From the NCBI GenBank assembly GCA_963783305.1, contig CAWAMW010000014.1, forward strand, positions 1 through 64,000: a DNA stretch of 64,000 bases. Reading direction: 5' to 3'. Source of the DNA: an uncultured Gemmatimonadales bacterium (GTDB taxonomy: Bacteria; Gemmatimonadota; Gemmatimonadetes; Longimicrobiales; RSA9). A program made the translations under genes and the position numbers. A model generated the notes under the pieces. It worked only from the letters and a program-made list of their open reading frames with translations, did not search any database and had not been told where the DNA came from. Positions 8,693 to 24,870 of this stretch are shown piece by piece; the stretch's first letter is position 1, and every line of letters starts with the position of its first letter.

Positions 8693-11002
8693 ATGCATCG
8701 ACAGATACGCCCTCGGCAAGACGCCATCGCCTGGATAGTTCTTCTGTTCGTCCCACTCCTGGGAGCGGCCCTGGCTCCTTCGGCTCTCCGGGCGCAGGAC
8801 GCGGTGCTCCAGGGGCTCCTCGTGGACGAAGCCACCTCGCAGCCGCTGCTGGGCGCGGACGTGGTGCTCGAGCAGGGGGAGCGGATCATCCGAACGGCCG
8901 TGACCGACCGGAACGGCCTCTTCCAGATCAACCGGCTGGCCCCGGGGGATTATCTGCTCCGGATCACGCTCGTAGGGTATGAAGCGCGTGAGGAGCCGAT
9001 CCAGCTGAGGCGCGGCGAGGTCCGAACGGCCAACCTGGGTCTGACGATCGCGCCGGTGGAGATCGAGGGCATCGGGGTGCGGAGCGAGGGCCCCGGCGCG
9101 GTACGCCGGGAGCTCGGTGGTCAGACGATCATGGCGGGGTCGCTCTCGCGCGTGCCAACGCCCGCGGCCACGGGTGACCTGGTAAGCTACCTGCAGACGC
9201 AGCCTGGTGTCGTCGGGAGCGGCGATCGGGGCGGGCAGCTGTTCATCCGGGGCGGCACGGCTTCGGAGAACCTGGTCCTGATGGACGGGATGCTGATCTA
9301 TCAGCCGTTCCACATCACCGGCCTATTCTCGGCCTTCCCGGACAACCTCATCCAGAGTGCGGACTTCTTCCCGGGCGGATTCGGTCCCAAGTACAGCGGC
9401 CGAATCTCGTCGGTGCTGGACGTGCAGATGCGGGACGGCAACCGGAACGAGGCGTCGGTAACGGGATCGGTCAGTCCGTTCCTCGCCGAGGTCTCCACCG
9501 AGGGACCGATGGGGGAGGTGTCCCGGACCGCGTACCTCGTCTCCTTCCGGCGCTCGCTGATCCGGGAGACCAGTCCATGGCTGCTCGGACAGGAGCAGCC
9601 CCTCGGGTTCGACAGCGAGTACATGAGGTTCAGCCACTTCAACCCGAACGGGAGCTCGCGCTGCTCCCTCATGCTGATGCGGAGTCGCGACGAAGGGGGA
9701 CTGGATCCGGAGGATCCGCTCTCTCGCGTCGGCTGGACCAACCTGCTGGTGGGAGGACGGTGCGTGACGCTCGCGGGCGAGACGTTCATGGACCTGCGGG
9801 TCGGACGCTCCGCCGTGAGCAGTGAGGCCGTCACCCGGGGCGCGTCCGAATTTTCCTCCTCCGCGAACCGGATCTTCGTGGATGCGGACGTCAGCCGGAT
9901 GATCGGCAGCGTGCGCCTGAACTGGGGTGGGTACCTGCACGTAGAGCACACCCGCTACGACCTCCAGGAGCTTCTTTCGGCAAACGCGGTCCGCGAGGAG
10001 CGGTGGTGGCCGCTGGGCGTGTACGCGGAGCTCGAGATCCCGCTGGGCGGTGGGCTGCGCGCGCTGCCGGGAGCCACGGTGTCCATCGCGACGGAGCGAG
10101 GGCCTGCTTTCGAGCCGCGGCTTCGGGCCTCCTGGCGGCCGCAAGGGTCCGTGGACGGTGAGCTGAACGCGGCCGTGGGACTGTACGAGCAGCGCCTCTC
10201 GGGGATCAGCGACCGGCGGGACGCGAGCTCGGTCTTCACGGCGTGGGTGCGGACGCCCGAGGACACCCGGATGCGGTCGGTCCACGCCCAGGCGAGCTGG
10301 GAGCAGACCCTGGGCGGAGGTTTCTCGTACTCCGTGGACGGCTTCTACCGGAAGATGTACGATCTTCCCGTCACCACCTGGAGCACCGTGGCGCGTTTCA
10401 CACCGGAGCTGTCGCTGGCGGGCGGTCGCAGCCATGGGGCGGACGTCCGGATGGAGCTCCGCAAGGGCCCCCTCTATCTCTTCGGGGGATACGCATACAG
10501 CTGGACAGAGTACCGGTCGGCTCAGGAGGACTTCGGGGTGTGGTTCGGCGAGCCCGTCCAGGCCTACAGCCCCCCGCACGATCGCCGGCACCAGGCGAGC
10601 GCGCTCGCCAGCTTCACCGCGGGGCGCTCCACCTTCGCGGCACGCTGGGAGTATGGCTCCGGGTTCCCATTCACCCGACCCATCGGCTTCGACGAGCTGA
10701 TCGACTTCCGCACCGATGACAGCGCGCTCCCCCGCGTCACCCGGACGTTCGGGGAGACGCGGGTCCTGCTGGATCGGCCGTACAACGGCCGGCTGCCCGC
10801 GACGCACCGCCTGGACCTGTCGGCAAGACGGCCGGTGGACGTGGGGCGGCACGAGCTGGAGGTGCAGGCCGGCGTGATCAACCTGTACGGCCATACCAAC
10901 ATCTTCTACTACGACGTGTTCGCCAGCCGACGTGTCGACCAGCTGCCGTTCACGCCGTACCTGTCGCTCAAGCTGACACTTCCGCCCGGAGGTCGGCCAT
11001 GA
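8693..11002 (+). CDS. TonB-dependent receptor with N-terminal carboxypeptidase-regulatory-like domain
   Basis: Signal peptide, GLLVDEATSQPLLGADV..TDRNGLF, plug QPGVV..FIRGG..ENLVLMDG, GGFGPKYSGRISSVLDV, amphipathic barrel strands. Confidence 0.85.
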   Translation: MHRQIRPRQDAIAWIVLLFVPLLGAALAPSALRAQDAVLQGLLVDEATSQPLLGADVVLEQGERIIRTAVTDRNGLFQINRLAPGDYLLRITLVGYEAREEPIQLRRGEVRTANLGLTIAPVEIEGIGVRSEGPGAVRRELGGQTIMAGSLSRVPTPAATGDLVSYLQTQPGVVGSGDRGGQLFIRGGTASENLVLMDGMLIYQPFHITGLFSAFPDNLIQSADFFPGGFGPKYSGRISSVLDVQMRDGNRNEASVTGSVSPFLAEVSTEGPMGEVSRTAYLVSFRRSLIRETSPWLLGQEQPLGFDSEYMRFSHFNPNGSSRCSLMLMRSRDEGGLDPEDPLSRVGWTNLLVGGRCVTLAGETFMDLRVGRSAVSSEAVTRGASEFSSSANRIFVDADVSRMIGSVRLNWGGYLHVEHTRYDLQELLSANAVREERWWPLGVYAELEIPLGGGLRALPGATVSIATERGPAFEPRLRASWRPQGSVDGELNAAVGLYEQRLSGISDRRDASSVFTAWVRTPEDTRMRSVHAQASWEQTLGGGFSYSVDGFYRKMYDLPVTTWSTVARFTPELSLAGGRSHGADVRMELRKGPLYLFGGYAYSWTEYRSAQEDFGVWFGEPVQAYSPPHDRRHQASALASFTAGRSTFAARWEYGSGFPFTRPIGFDELIDFRTDDSALPRVTRTFGETRVLLDRPYNGRLPATHRLDLSARRPVDVGRHELEVQAGVINLYGHTNIFYYDVFASRRVDQLPFTPYLSLKLTLPPGGRP

Positions 11003-12162
11003 GACGCCGATGGCTCGCGGTCGTCCTCTTCGCGGCCGCCACCATGGCGGGCTGTGACGACGCATTCGATCCCTATGACCGGAACGGCATCGGCCCATTC
11101 TCCGTTTTCGGGTACCTGGACACCCACGCCGAGACACAGTGGATCCGGGTGATGCCGATCCGGAACCAGTTGATCCCTGATCCCGCGCCCATCGACGCCG
11201 TCGTGACCCTGGAAGACCTGGGCACAGGGCGGGTGCTGACGTTGCGTGACTCCGTGTTCGCGTTTACGGACCGCGGGCGGAACGCGGTCCTGTACGCGCA
11301 CAACTTCTGGACGACGGAGACGATCGAGGCCGGGACGGTCTACCGGCTGACCGCGATGCGTTCCGACGGCGCAGCCACCACCGCGGTGGTGGAGACGCCG
11401 CCGGAGAGCGAGCTTACGCTTCGCTTCCTGGACCACCCCAGGGCTCCGGGCGTGCGCGAGTCGGCCCGCGTCTTCGTCCGGGGGGAGCACCTGCTGTACG
11501 CGGAGGTGATCTACACGGTCCGCGATACGAAGATCGATCGCGGCGGTTCACCGGTTCCCGTTCGCCAGATCTCACCACTGACGCCCGCGCCGGGGACCTG
11601 GGAGTTCGCGATCTCGCGCGATTCCCTGCACAGGCCGGGACTCGAGGACGTGCGCAGGCTGGAGGCGCGCGTCGCCGTGTCGGCTTCCGACTGGCCGTTC
11701 GAGCCCGGGCTGTCGGCGGCGGAGGTCGCCGTACCGGGGGCCATCCCCACGAACGTGGAGAACGGCGTTGGCGCCCTGCTGGGCGTGGCGACCTGGACCA
11801 TCCCGCTCCCGAACTGCATTCCCCTCGCCCCGGGGCCGGACGGCGCGGAGGAGTGCACGACCGTCTTCGATGGGACCACCGCGTCCGTCGTGGGGAGGGT
11901 CGTACACGATCCGTGTGGCAACCTGCTGGACCTGCCCTTCGTCCGTCTCACCGAGCGGTACGCCGATGGCGGCGCGGTGGCGTGGGAGTGGAAGGCGGAC
12001 TGGACAGGCGCCTATCGCTTCGAGGGCCTCGAGCCGGGGGCGGAGCTGATCGTGGAGCTGCCCGGCGTGCCTGGCTCGGCGGTGGCCATACCGCCGCTCC
12101 AGCCGGGGCAACGCTATGAGGCCCCCGACCTCACGATCCCGCGAAGCTGTCCGGAACCGTAG
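10999..12162 (+). CDS. Lipoprotein partner of the TBDR (DUF4249-like)
   Basis: Lipobox MAGC, FSVFGYLD..QWIRV, TNVENGVG; ATGA overlap with the TBDR stop. Confidence 0.65.
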   Translation: MRRRWLAVVLFAAATMAGCDDAFDPYDRNGIGPFSVFGYLDTHAETQWIRVMPIRNQLIPDPAPIDAVVTLEDLGTGRVLTLRDSVFAFTDRGRNAVLYAHNFWTTETIEAGTVYRLTAMRSDGAATTAVVETPPESELTLRFLDHPRAPGVRESARVFVRGEHLLYAEVIYTVRDTKIDRGGSPVPVRQISPLTPAPGTWEFAISRDSLHRPGLEDVRRLEARVAVSASDWPFEPGLSAAEVAVPGAIPTNVENGVGALLGVATWTIPLPNCIPLAPGPDGAEECTTVFDGTTASVVGRVVHDPCGNLLDLPFVRLTERYADGGAVAWEWKADWTGAYRFEGLEPGAELIVELPGVPGSAVAIPPLQPGQRYEAPDLTIPRSCPEP

Positions 12163-12329
12163 CGCCTGCTTACTCGCTCCGGACGGCGGTCGCGTCGGGG
12201 GTCCTGCGCTCGAACGCTGTCGGATGTCGAGCCATCGACCGGCTCGAGGGCGCCGGCTGTCCGGCACACATGGCTCCGGGTACATTGACGGCGGGCGTCG
12301 CTGTGGCCGTCATGCGAGCGGAGGAACCG

Positions 12330-15200
12330 ATGATCCAGCGCGTAGGGGGTCGGGCCAGGAGGAGGTTGGGCCGGAGGTCTGAGCGCTGGGGTCCCGGCCT
12401 GCTCGTGCTGCTGCTCGCGCTGGCCCGACCGCTCCCCCTGGGGGCGCAGGAGCTGCCCGACACCCTCGTGGTCGCCGTGCTGGAGTCCTGGCCGCCGCAC
12501 TACCAGACGGCGGCCGACGGGACGCCCACGGGATTCGCCGTGGCGGTGATGGACGCGGTGGCCCGCCGGATCGGGGTCCGGGTGCGCTATCGTACGGTTC
12601 CCACGTTTGCGGAGGCGCTGGCCGCCCTGGTCAGCGGCACCGTGGACGTCATCCCCGACCACGGAATCGCTCCAGGCCGGAGCGACACGGTGGCTTTCAC
12701 GCGTCCGTTCGAGGCCTTTCGCGTCTCGATATTCGTCCGAGCGACGGACCCGACCATCACCGCTGGGGATGACCTGGTGGGCCGGACCGTGGCCACGATC
12801 CGGACGAACGTGTCCGCCGACCTGATCCGGGAGAGGCACCCCGGGGCGCGGCTCGTGGAATACCCGGGCCCCAGCGACGCGCTGTTCCAGCTGCTGGCCG
12901 CCAACGTGGACGCCGTGGCGTATCCCGAGGAGGTGTTCCGGGCGCTGGCCCGATCGGCAGGCCTCGGTGATCGGATCCGCACAGTTCCCCCGATCCTGGC
13001 CGAGATCCCCCGGGCCATGGCGGTACGTCCCGGCGACACCCTGCTGCTGGCGGCGCTGGACCGGGGGCTGGTAGAGCTGATCACGGCGCCGGAATACCGG
13101 GATATCTACCGACGCTGGTTCGTGCCGGCTCCCTCGCCGTGGACCGTGCAGCGCGTGCTCTGGATCGGGGGAGTGCTCCTCCTGCTGGCGCTGCTGGCCA
13201 TGGCGGCGTGGCGGTACGTCAGCCTGGCGCGCCTCGCGAAGGTGCTGAAACGGACGCTGGCGGAGCGCGACGCCGCCCGGGTCCACGGCCGTCGCGAGGA
13301 AGAGCGGTTCCGAACCCTCGTCGACACGGCGTACGAGGGCATCGTAGTGGGAGATGCCGACAACCTCATCGCCTTCGCGAATCGCCGGGCGTGCGCACTC
13401 CTGGGGCTGACCGAGACCGAGGTCATTGGCCACTCCCTCTTCGATTTCGTCGACGAAGAGCACTACCACCTACTCCAGGCAGGAAAGGAGCGGCGGCTCC
13501 AGGGGCTGTCGGACAGCTACGAGATCACTCTCCGCAGCGCCGACGGCACCCGGGTCCCCGTGCTCCTGTCTGTGGCCCCTCTGGAGACTGGCGATGACTC
13601 GTACGATGGCTCGGTGGCCACGTTGTCGGACCTCACCGGGCGAGTCGAGGCGGAAAAGGCGCTGGTGGAGCGCGAGCGGCGCTTCCGTGCCTTCGTGGAG
13701 AACTCCACCGAGCTGATCAGCACGCTCACCGCCAACGGGATCATGGACTATCAGAGCCCTCCGCTGACACGGATGCTGGGCTATACCGGTGAGGAACTGA
13801 AGGGCCGTTCCGCGTTCCGCTACGTTCATCCCGACGACCTCGAGCAGGTGTGGGGTGCCTGGAACGAGATGCTGGGCCGGCCGGGAGAGTCCGTGGAAAC
13901 CCCTCCCTTCCGCTTCCGGCACCGGAACGGATCGTGGCGCACGCTCCTGGCCTCGTTTTCGAACCTCCTGGACGACCCGGCCGTCCACAGGGTGCTGTCC
14001 AACGCCGAAGACATCACCGTCCGGAACGACCTGGAGCGGCAGCTGCTCCAGTCCCGGAAGCTGGAGGCTATCGGCCGGCTCGCCGGGGGCATTGCCCACG
14101 ACTTCAACAACCTGCTCACGGTCATGCGCGCCCAGACTGACATGCTGCTCATGGACCTCCCCGCCGAACACTCCCTGGCGGGGGAGGTGGTGGTCATCCA
14201 GGGCGCGGCGGATCGGGCGGCGGAGCTCACCGGCCAGCTGCTGGCGTTCAGCCGGGACCAGGTACTCCGGCCGCGCTTGACGAGCCTCGGCGCGGTGACC
14301 CGCGAAACCGCCGCCCTCCTGGCACGCATCATCGGCGATGACGTGGCCATGACCATCGACATCCCGGATGATCTGCCGGCCGTACTGCTCGATCCCGTCC
14401 AGCTCGAGCAGGCCATCATGAACCTCGGCGTGAACGCCCGGGACGCCATGCCCGCCGGCGGGATCCTCACCTTCACGATACGGCTGGATCGCGTCGGTGA
14501 GTTCCGGGAGGCGGGTACCGAAGAGCTCGCACCGGGGACCTACGTGGCGCTGGAGGTGGCCGACACCGGCACCGGGATGGACCCCGAGACCCTGGAACAC
14601 CTCTTCGAGCCGTTCTTCACCACCAAGGAACGGGGCCGCGGCACCGGCCTGGGTCTGTCCATGGTCTACGGCTTCGTCAAGCAGTCGGGGGGCCACATAC
14701 AGGTACACAGCGACCCGGAGGGCGGAACACAGTTCGTGCTCCGCTTCCCCGCCTCATCCGGGACGCCGCACACGGAGCCCGCACGTCCCACCGCGGCTCT
14801 GCCGGTCCATGAGGCGCACCAGACCCTTCTCCTTGTAGAGGACAGTGATGCGGTGCGCAGGGTAGCTCGGAGGATCCTGGAGCGTGCGGGGTATACGGTG
14901 GTGGAAGCCGCGGAAGCCGAGACGGCGCTCGAGATCCTGGAGGCCCGCGATGACCTCGACCTCGTCCTCACCGACCTGGGCCTGCCGGGGATGAGCGGGC
15001 ACACGCTGGCAGAGCGGATTCGCGCCAGCCGGCCCGGCCTGAGGATCTTGATCACCTCGGGGTACGCCGGGGATTCACCGGGGCGTCTCAGGGACCTCCC
15101 TCCCGACCTCCCCTTCCTGCAGAAACCCTTCACCGCGGCCGCCCTGGTCGAGGCGGTGCGCGGCATCCTCCAGGATCCCGGAAGCGACCTGGTGGAGTAG
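12330..15200 (+). CDS. Hybrid sensor histidine kinase: solute-binding (family 3) sensor, TM, 2 PAS, HisKA, HATPase, REC
   Basis: [26 protein letters not shown] motifs (VHPDD), [53 protein letters not shown]. Confidence 0.9.
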   Translation: MIQRVGGRARRRLGRRSERWGPGLLVLLLALARPLPLGAQELPDTLVVAVLESWPPHYQTAADGTPTGFAVAVMDAVARRIGVRVRYRTVPTFAEALAALVSGTVDVIPDHGIAPGRSDTVAFTRPFEAFRVSIFVRATDPTITAGDDLVGRTVATIRTNVSADLIRERHPGARLVEYPGPSDALFQLLAANVDAVAYPEEVFRALARSAGLGDRIRTVPPILAEIPRAMAVRPGDTLLLAALDRGLVELITAPEYRDIYRRWFVPAPSPWTVQRVLWIGGVLLLLALLAMAAWRYVSLARLAKVLKRTLAERDAARVHGRREEERFRTLVDTAYEGIVVGDADNLIAFANRRACALLGLTETEVIGHSLFDFVDEEHYHLLQAGKERRLQGLSDSYEITLRSADGTRVPVLLSVAPLETGDDSYDGSVATLSDLTGRVEAEKALVERERRFRAFVENSTELISTLTANGIMDYQSPPLTRMLGYTGEELKGRSAFRYVHPDDLEQVWGAWNEMLGRPGESVETPPFRFRHRNGSWRTLLASFSNLLDDPAVHRVLSNAEDITVRNDLERQLLQSRKLEAIGRLAGGIAHDFNNLLTVMRAQTDMLLMDLPAEHSLAGEVVVIQGAADRAAELTGQLLAFSRDQVLRPRLTSLGAVTRETAALLARIIGDDVAMTIDIPDDLPAVLLDPVQLEQAIMNLGVNARDAMPAGGILTFTIRLDRVGEFREAGTEELAPGTYVALEVADTGTGMDPETLEHLFEPFFTTKERGRGTGLGLSMVYGFVKQSGGHIQVHSDPEGGTQFVLRFPASSGTPHTEPARPTAALPVHEAHQTLLLVEDSDAVRRVARRILERAGYTVVEAAEAETALEILEARDDLDLVLTDLGLPGMSGHTLAERIRASRPGLRILITSGYAGDSPGRLRDLPPDLPFLQKPFTAAALVEAVRGILQDPGSDLVE

Positions 15201-15430
15201 ACGGAGGCGCTCGAGAGGCGCCGCGGCCGGGTCGGGGTTGCCGCCACCAGACGCCGGTCCAGGATCACCGCCATCGGCCTTACCGCGCTCGGCTCGCTCC
15301 TGCCTCCTCTCGCGACTCCGGCCGCCCAGATCCTGAATCCCCCTCGCCTTGTTCTTTACCGCCGTCTCCGCTGTTCTGCCGCCCGACCCGAGCCCGCCGA
15401 CTCGCCCCGCGACTGAGCCCGTGCGCGGCG

Positions 15431-15482
15431 AAAAAAAGCTGCGGGAACGGGTGTTGACACCCCGGCGACCCCTTGGTATACT
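15431..15482 (+). promoter_or_regulatory. Sigma70 promoter for tRNA-Thr/tuf
   Basis: A7 tract (15431-15437), TTGACA (15454-15459), 17-bp spacer, extended -10 TGgTATACT (15474-15482). Confidence 0.8.
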
Positions 15483-15659
15483 ACCGGTCTGTCTCCGCGA
15501 TCGGGGCACAACCCCGCAACGCGCCGCCGCCGGTCCGCCGGCTCGGCATACGGACGCGCCGCACGGCCCCGAGCCGCGACGCGTCCGTCCCCATGAGGGA
15601 TGGGGGCAGGCGCCTGGCGCCACGACCCGCGAGGGTCCGGTCGCGCCGCGCATACAGTG

Positions 15660-15731
15660 GCTCGCGTAGCTCAGGGGTAGAGCGCTTCCTTGGTAAGGAA
15701 GAGGTCCGGGGTTCAAATCCCCGCGCGAGCT
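15660..15731 (+). tRNA. tRNA-Thr(GGT), CCA not encoded
   Basis: Acceptor GCTCGCG/CGCGAGC, D-arm GCTC..GAGC, anticodon stem CTTCC-TTGGTAA-GGAAG, T-loop TTCAAAT. Confidence 0.95.
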
Positions 15732-15843
15732 CGTTGGATCGGTGAGGCGAGCCGGCGCGGATCCCGAGCGGGTCCGCGCCGGCCGCTCAACGCTTGTGGA
15801 CGAAGAAGACTACCGCACCGCACACCAGGTCAGAGGCAAGGAA

Positions 15844-17025
<1,182 letters not shown>

Positions 17026-17031
<6 letters not shown>

Positions 17032-17132
17032 GAGGCGGGAGTAGGAGGCAGGAGTAGGAGGCAGGAGTAGGAGGCAGGAGTAGGAGGCAGGAGTAGGATC
17101 GGTACTCTTACTCCTACTCTTACTCCTACTCT
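17026..17132 (+). repeat. 5 x 13-nt GAGTAGGAGGCRG plus a partial unit, then 5 x TACTCY
   Basis: Units at 17026-17090, partial unit 17091-17098, hexamers 17103-17132. Confidence 0.95.
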
Positions 17133-17248
17133 GGCAGACAAACCGGCGGAAACCGGGTAGCCGGCGAAGGTCCAGTCGGAACCCTGACGCGGCCGCGGAG
17201 TAAGAGATAGGCTCGGCCCGAAAATTTTGCGACGAAGGTAGAAGCAAC

Positions 17249-17401
17249 ATGGCCCGCGACAAGATCATCCTCGCCTGCACGGTCTGCGAGGAGCGGAACT
17301 ACCACACGACGAAGAACAAGCGCCTTCACCCGGAGCGGCAGGAGTGGAAGAAGTACTGCCCGCGGTGTGACGAGCACACGCCTCACAAAGAAACGAAGTA
17401 G
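17249..17401 (+). CDS. rpmG: 50S ribosomal protein L33 (zinc-ribbon type)
   Basis: Translated by hand: [50 protein letters not shown]. Confidence 0.97.
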   Translation: MARDKIILACTVCEERNYHTTKNKRLHPERQEWKKYCPRCDEHTPHKETK

Positions 17402-17406
17402 GTCCG

Positions 17407-17610
17407 ATGGCTTCCATGGCCGGTATCCGGCGGTTCGCCGATGAAACGGTGGACGAGATGAAGAAGGTGACGTGGCCCGACCGGGATCAGCTGCGCAACT
17501 CCACGTTCGTGGTGCTGGTCTTCGTCGTCATTGTCTCCGCCATCATCTGGGTGATGGACGTGTCGGTGCGCGGTGGACTGGCCGTCATCTTCGACATTTT
17601 CGCGGGTTGA
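17407..17610 (+). CDS. secE: Preprotein translocase subunit SecE
   Basis: EMKKVTWP plus a single TM helix; lies before nusG. Confidence 0.95.
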   Translation: MASMAGIRRFADETVDEMKKVTWPDRDQLRNSTFVVLVFVVIVSAIIWVMDVSVRGGLAVIFDIFAG

Positions 17611-17611
17611 G

Positions 17612-18166
17612 ATGAGCGAAGAAGCGCGCTGGTACGCGATCCAGACCTACTCGGGGCACGAGAACAAGGTCAAGAAGCTGATCGACATCCGGATCGCCGA
17701 GGAAGCGGGCGAGGCGCCCGAGGACAAGGAGATCCAGGAGGCGCTGGTGCCGACGCAGGAGGTGCAGGAGATCCGCAACGGCAAGCGGGTCCAGGTCACC
17801 CGGCGTCTCTACCCGGGCTACGTGCTGGTCAAGATGCTGTTCAACCAGCGGACCATGCACGTGATCAACAACATCCAGGGCGTGATCAAGTTCGTGGGTG
17901 GCGGGACCACGCGGCCGCAGCCGCTGCGTGAGGACGAGGTGGCGAAGATCCTCGGGCTCGAGCCCGAGGCCGCGCCGGAGGAAGAGGGCGAAGAGGTGCC
18001 GTTCCGGCCGGAGCAGGTGGTGGAAGTCACGGAAGGTCCGTTCAAGGAGTTCAGCGGCACCGTGCAGGAAGTGTATCACGACAAGGGCAAGGTCAAGGTG
18101 GAGGTGAGCCTGTTCGGTCGCCCCACCAGCGTGGAGCTGGACTACACACAGCTCAAGGGCTTTTAG
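17612..18166 (+). CDS. nusG: Transcription termination/antitermination factor NusG
   Basis: WYAIQTYSGHENKV, YPGYVLV, KOW GPFKEFSG..FGRPT. Confidence 0.97.
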   Translation: MSEEARWYAIQTYSGHENKVKKLIDIRIAEEAGEAPEDKEIQEALVPTQEVQEIRNGKRVQVTRRLYPGYVLVKMLFNQRTMHVINNIQGVIKFVGGGTTRPQPLREDEVAKILGLEPEAAPEEEGEEVPFRPEQVVEVTEGPFKEFSGTVQEVYHDKGKVKVEVSLFGRPTSVELDYTQLKGF

Positions 18167-18215
18167 TCCACCGCTGAGACCTGCAGGACCCCGGCCGGGA
18201 GGCCGGACTCACCGA

Positions 18216-18252
18216 CCGTGGGAGCTTAGGACGCTCCCGGGCGCAACCACGG
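18216..18252 (+). promoter_or_regulatory. Probable L1-binding autoregulatory leader of rplK-rplA
   Basis: CCGTGG/CCACGG stem enclosing GGGAGC..GCTCCC; the GTGGGAG...ACCAC pattern upstream of rplK. Confidence 0.6.
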
Positions 18253-18282
18253 CGGAGAAACAACGGGGGCGAGAGTAGATTC

Positions 18283-18708
18283 ATGGCCAAGAAGCAGATC
18301 GGATTCATCAAGCTGCAGATTCCGGCCGGGGCGGCAAACCCCGCGCCGCCCGTGGGGCCCGCTCTGGGTCAGCACGGCGTGAACATCATGGAGTTCTGCA
18401 AGCAGTTCAACGCCCGCACGCAGCAGCAGTCGGGGACGATCATCCCGGTGGAGATCAAGGTCTTCGCCGACCGGTCGTTCACGTTCATCACGAAGACACC
18501 GCCGGCGGCGGTGCTGCTGCGCCAGGCGGCGAAGATTCAGAAGGGCTCTGGGGTTCCCCATCGCGACAAGGTCGGAACGGTCCGGAAGAGCCAGCTCCGC
18601 GAGATCGCGGAGCTCAAGATGCCGGACCTGAACGCGGCCAGCGTCGAGAGCGCAATGCGCATGATCGCGGGAACCGCACGGTCCATGGGACTAACGGTGG
18701 TGGACTGA
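18283..18708 (+). CDS. rplK: 50S ribosomal protein L11
   Basis: [26 protein letters not shown]. Confidence 0.99.
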   Translation: MAKKQIGFIKLQIPAGAANPAPPVGPALGQHGVNIMEFCKQFNARTQQQSGTIIPVEIKVFADRSFTFITKTPPAAVLLRQAAKIQKGSGVPHRDKVGTVRKSQLREIAELKMPDLNAASVESAMRMIAGTARSMGLTVVD

Positions 18709-19412
18709 TGCCGAAGCATGGAAAGAAGTATCGGCACGCGGCGTCGCTGCTGCCGAAGGGGATCAAGTTCGAGCAGCCCGAGCGAGCGATCGAGCTGGTG
18801 AAGGAGTCGGCGTTCGCGTCGTTCGACGAGACGGTGGAGGTCTCCATCCGGCTCGGCGTGGACCCGCGGCACGCAGACCAGATCGTCCGGGGCACCGTAG
18901 TGCTCCCGCACGGCACCGGCAAGACCGTTCGGGTCCTGGTGCTGGCCGAAGGCGCTCAGGCCCAGGCAGCCGAAGCGGCCGGCGCGGACTACGTGGGCAT
19001 GGAGTACGTGGACAAGATCAAGGAGAACTGGCTCGACTTCGATGTCGTGGTTGCGGCGCCGAACGTCATGGGTCAGGTCGGTCAGCTCGGCCGGGTCCTG
19101 GGTCCGCGCGGACTCATGCCGACGCCGAAGGCCGGCACGGTCACCATGGACGTGGGCAAGGCGGTCGAGGAGATCAAGGCCGGTAAGATCGAGTTCCGCG
19201 TGGATCGCACGGGCAACGTGCACGTCCCCATCGGCAGGGTCTCCTTCGACGTGGACGCGCTGGCCGCGAACATGGCGGCGATCATGGACGTGATCATGCG
19301 GCAGAAGCCCGCGTCGGCGAAGGGCATGTACGTTCGGAGCGTCACGGTCTCCAGCACGATGGGGCCGGGCGTGGGAATCGATCCGAATCTCTACCGGCGG
19401 GTGGCGGCATGA
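18708..19412 (+). CDS. rplA: 50S ribosomal protein L1
   Basis: [34 protein letters not shown]. Confidence 0.99.
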   Translation: MPKHGKKYRHAASLLPKGIKFEQPERAIELVKESAFASFDETVEVSIRLGVDPRHADQIVRGTVVLPHGTGKTVRVLVLAEGAQAQAAEAAGADYVGMEYVDKIKENWLDFDVVVAAPNVMGQVGQLGRVLGPRGLMPTPKAGTVTMDVGKAVEEIKAGKIEFRVDRTGNVHVPIGRVSFDVDALAANMAAIMDVIMRQKPASAKGMYVRSVTVSSTMGPGVGIDPNLYRRVAA

Positions 19413-19939
19413 GCAGCGCAGTCGAGAAGAAGAGCGCGGTCGTCGAGGAGCTCGCGAGCAAGCTGAGCGAGGCGAAGGCGTTTTATCTGACGGATTTCAC
19501 CGGGCTCAACGTCAAGAAGATGACGTCCCTGCGCCAGAAGATGCGCGCGGAGGGTGTGGAGTACCTGGTGGTGAAGAACACGTTGGCGCTGCGGGCGCTG
19601 GAGGGCCTCGAGGTGCCGGGCATCGACGAGTTCTTCGTGGGCCCGACGGGCCTGGTGATCGGCCGCGAGGATGCGGTTACGGCGGCCAGGATCCTGAGCG
19701 ATTTCGCGAAGGAGAACGACGATCGCCCGACCGTGAAGGTGGGTGTGGTCGAACGGCGGCAGGTGGGCCCCGAAGAGGTCGGGCGTCTCGCCAGGCTGCC
19801 ACCGCGGGAAGTACTCCTGTCGGAGCTGGCGGGTGCCCTGCAGGCGCCGCTGGCGCAGCTCGTGTTCCTCATGGAGGGGAAGGCGAGGGAGTTTGTGGGT
19901 CTGCTCGAGGCGCTTCGCGCCGAGCGGGACGGCGCATAA
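19409..19939 (+). CDS. rplJ: 50S ribosomal protein L10
   Basis: [23 protein letters not shown]. Confidence 0.97.
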   Translation: MSSAVEKKSAVVEELASKLSEAKAFYLTDFTGLNVKKMTSLRQKMRAEGVEYLVVKNTLALRALEGLEVPGIDEFFVGPTGLVIGREDAVTAARILSDFAKENDDRPTVKVGVVERRQVGPEEVGRLARLPPREVLLSELAGALQAPLAQLVFLMEGKAREFVGLLEALRAERDGA

Positions 19940-20054
19940 CCGGAGCAGTAAGAAACTACGGAGCGAAGCGGGGCGCCTGGCGCCTTCAGCGGAGGACTCC
20001 GGGGCCGTGATTTGAGCGGCCGGAGTAAAACCTACAGTACGGGGAAGAAGGAAC

Positions 20055-20423
20055 ATGGCGAACACGGAAGAACTGCTCGACACCATCGGGAACATGACGG
20101 TCATTGAGCTGGCGGACTTCGTCGAGGCGTTCAAGGAGAAGTTCAACGTCACGGCCGCGGTCGCGGCTCCGGCGGCGGCCGCGGCTGCTGCGGCGCCCGT
20201 CGAGGAAGAGAAGGACGAGTTCGACGTCGTGCTGAAGGACGTCGGCGGCAAGAAGATCCAGGTCATCAAGGTGATCCGCGAGGTCACCAGCCTGGGGCTG
20301 AAGGAAGCCAAGGATCTGGTGGATGGCGCTCCGAACACGGTCCGCGAGGCCGTGACGAAGGACGAGGCCGAGCAGATCAAGGCGAAGCTGGAAGAGCAGG
20401 GCGCCACGGTCGAGCTGAAGTAG
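20055..20423 (+). CDS. rplL: 50S ribosomal protein L7/L12
   Basis: Ala hinge, [30 protein letters not shown]. Confidence 0.99.
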   Translation: MANTEELLDTIGNMTVIELADFVEAFKEKFNVTAAVAAPAAAAAAAAPVEEEKDEFDVVLKDVGGKKIQVIKVIREVTSLGLKEAKDLVDGAPNTVREAVTKDEAEQIKAKLEEQGATVELK

Positions 20424-20652
20424 CGGTCGTGCGCTGTCCCGCCCGGAGGGTCGGGCGGCCCATTAGAGGTCGTCCGACCCGCTCCGGCGGGCTGCACGAA
20501 CCGTTATTTCACGCTTGAACCGAGGCGCGCATGTTCTGGGGTTCGAACACACCTACAATTCTGGTCCGCGGCACGATCCCCGCCCCCCTCAGGGGTGGCC
20601 GGGGTTTTCTGCGCGTGCATGCGGGATCGAATGTGCTTGAGGAGGGTCCGTC

Positions 20653-24852
<4,200 letters not shown>

Positions 24853-24870
24853 CAGGGGAGACACGAATAT

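Noticed and set aside
15742..15843. N-terminal extension of EF-Tu (likewise the long starts given for nusG, fusA, rplD, rplB, rpsC, rplE, map, rpmB and the TPR gene)
   Set aside because: Artefact of longest-ORF calling; the conserved proteins start at downstream ATGs.
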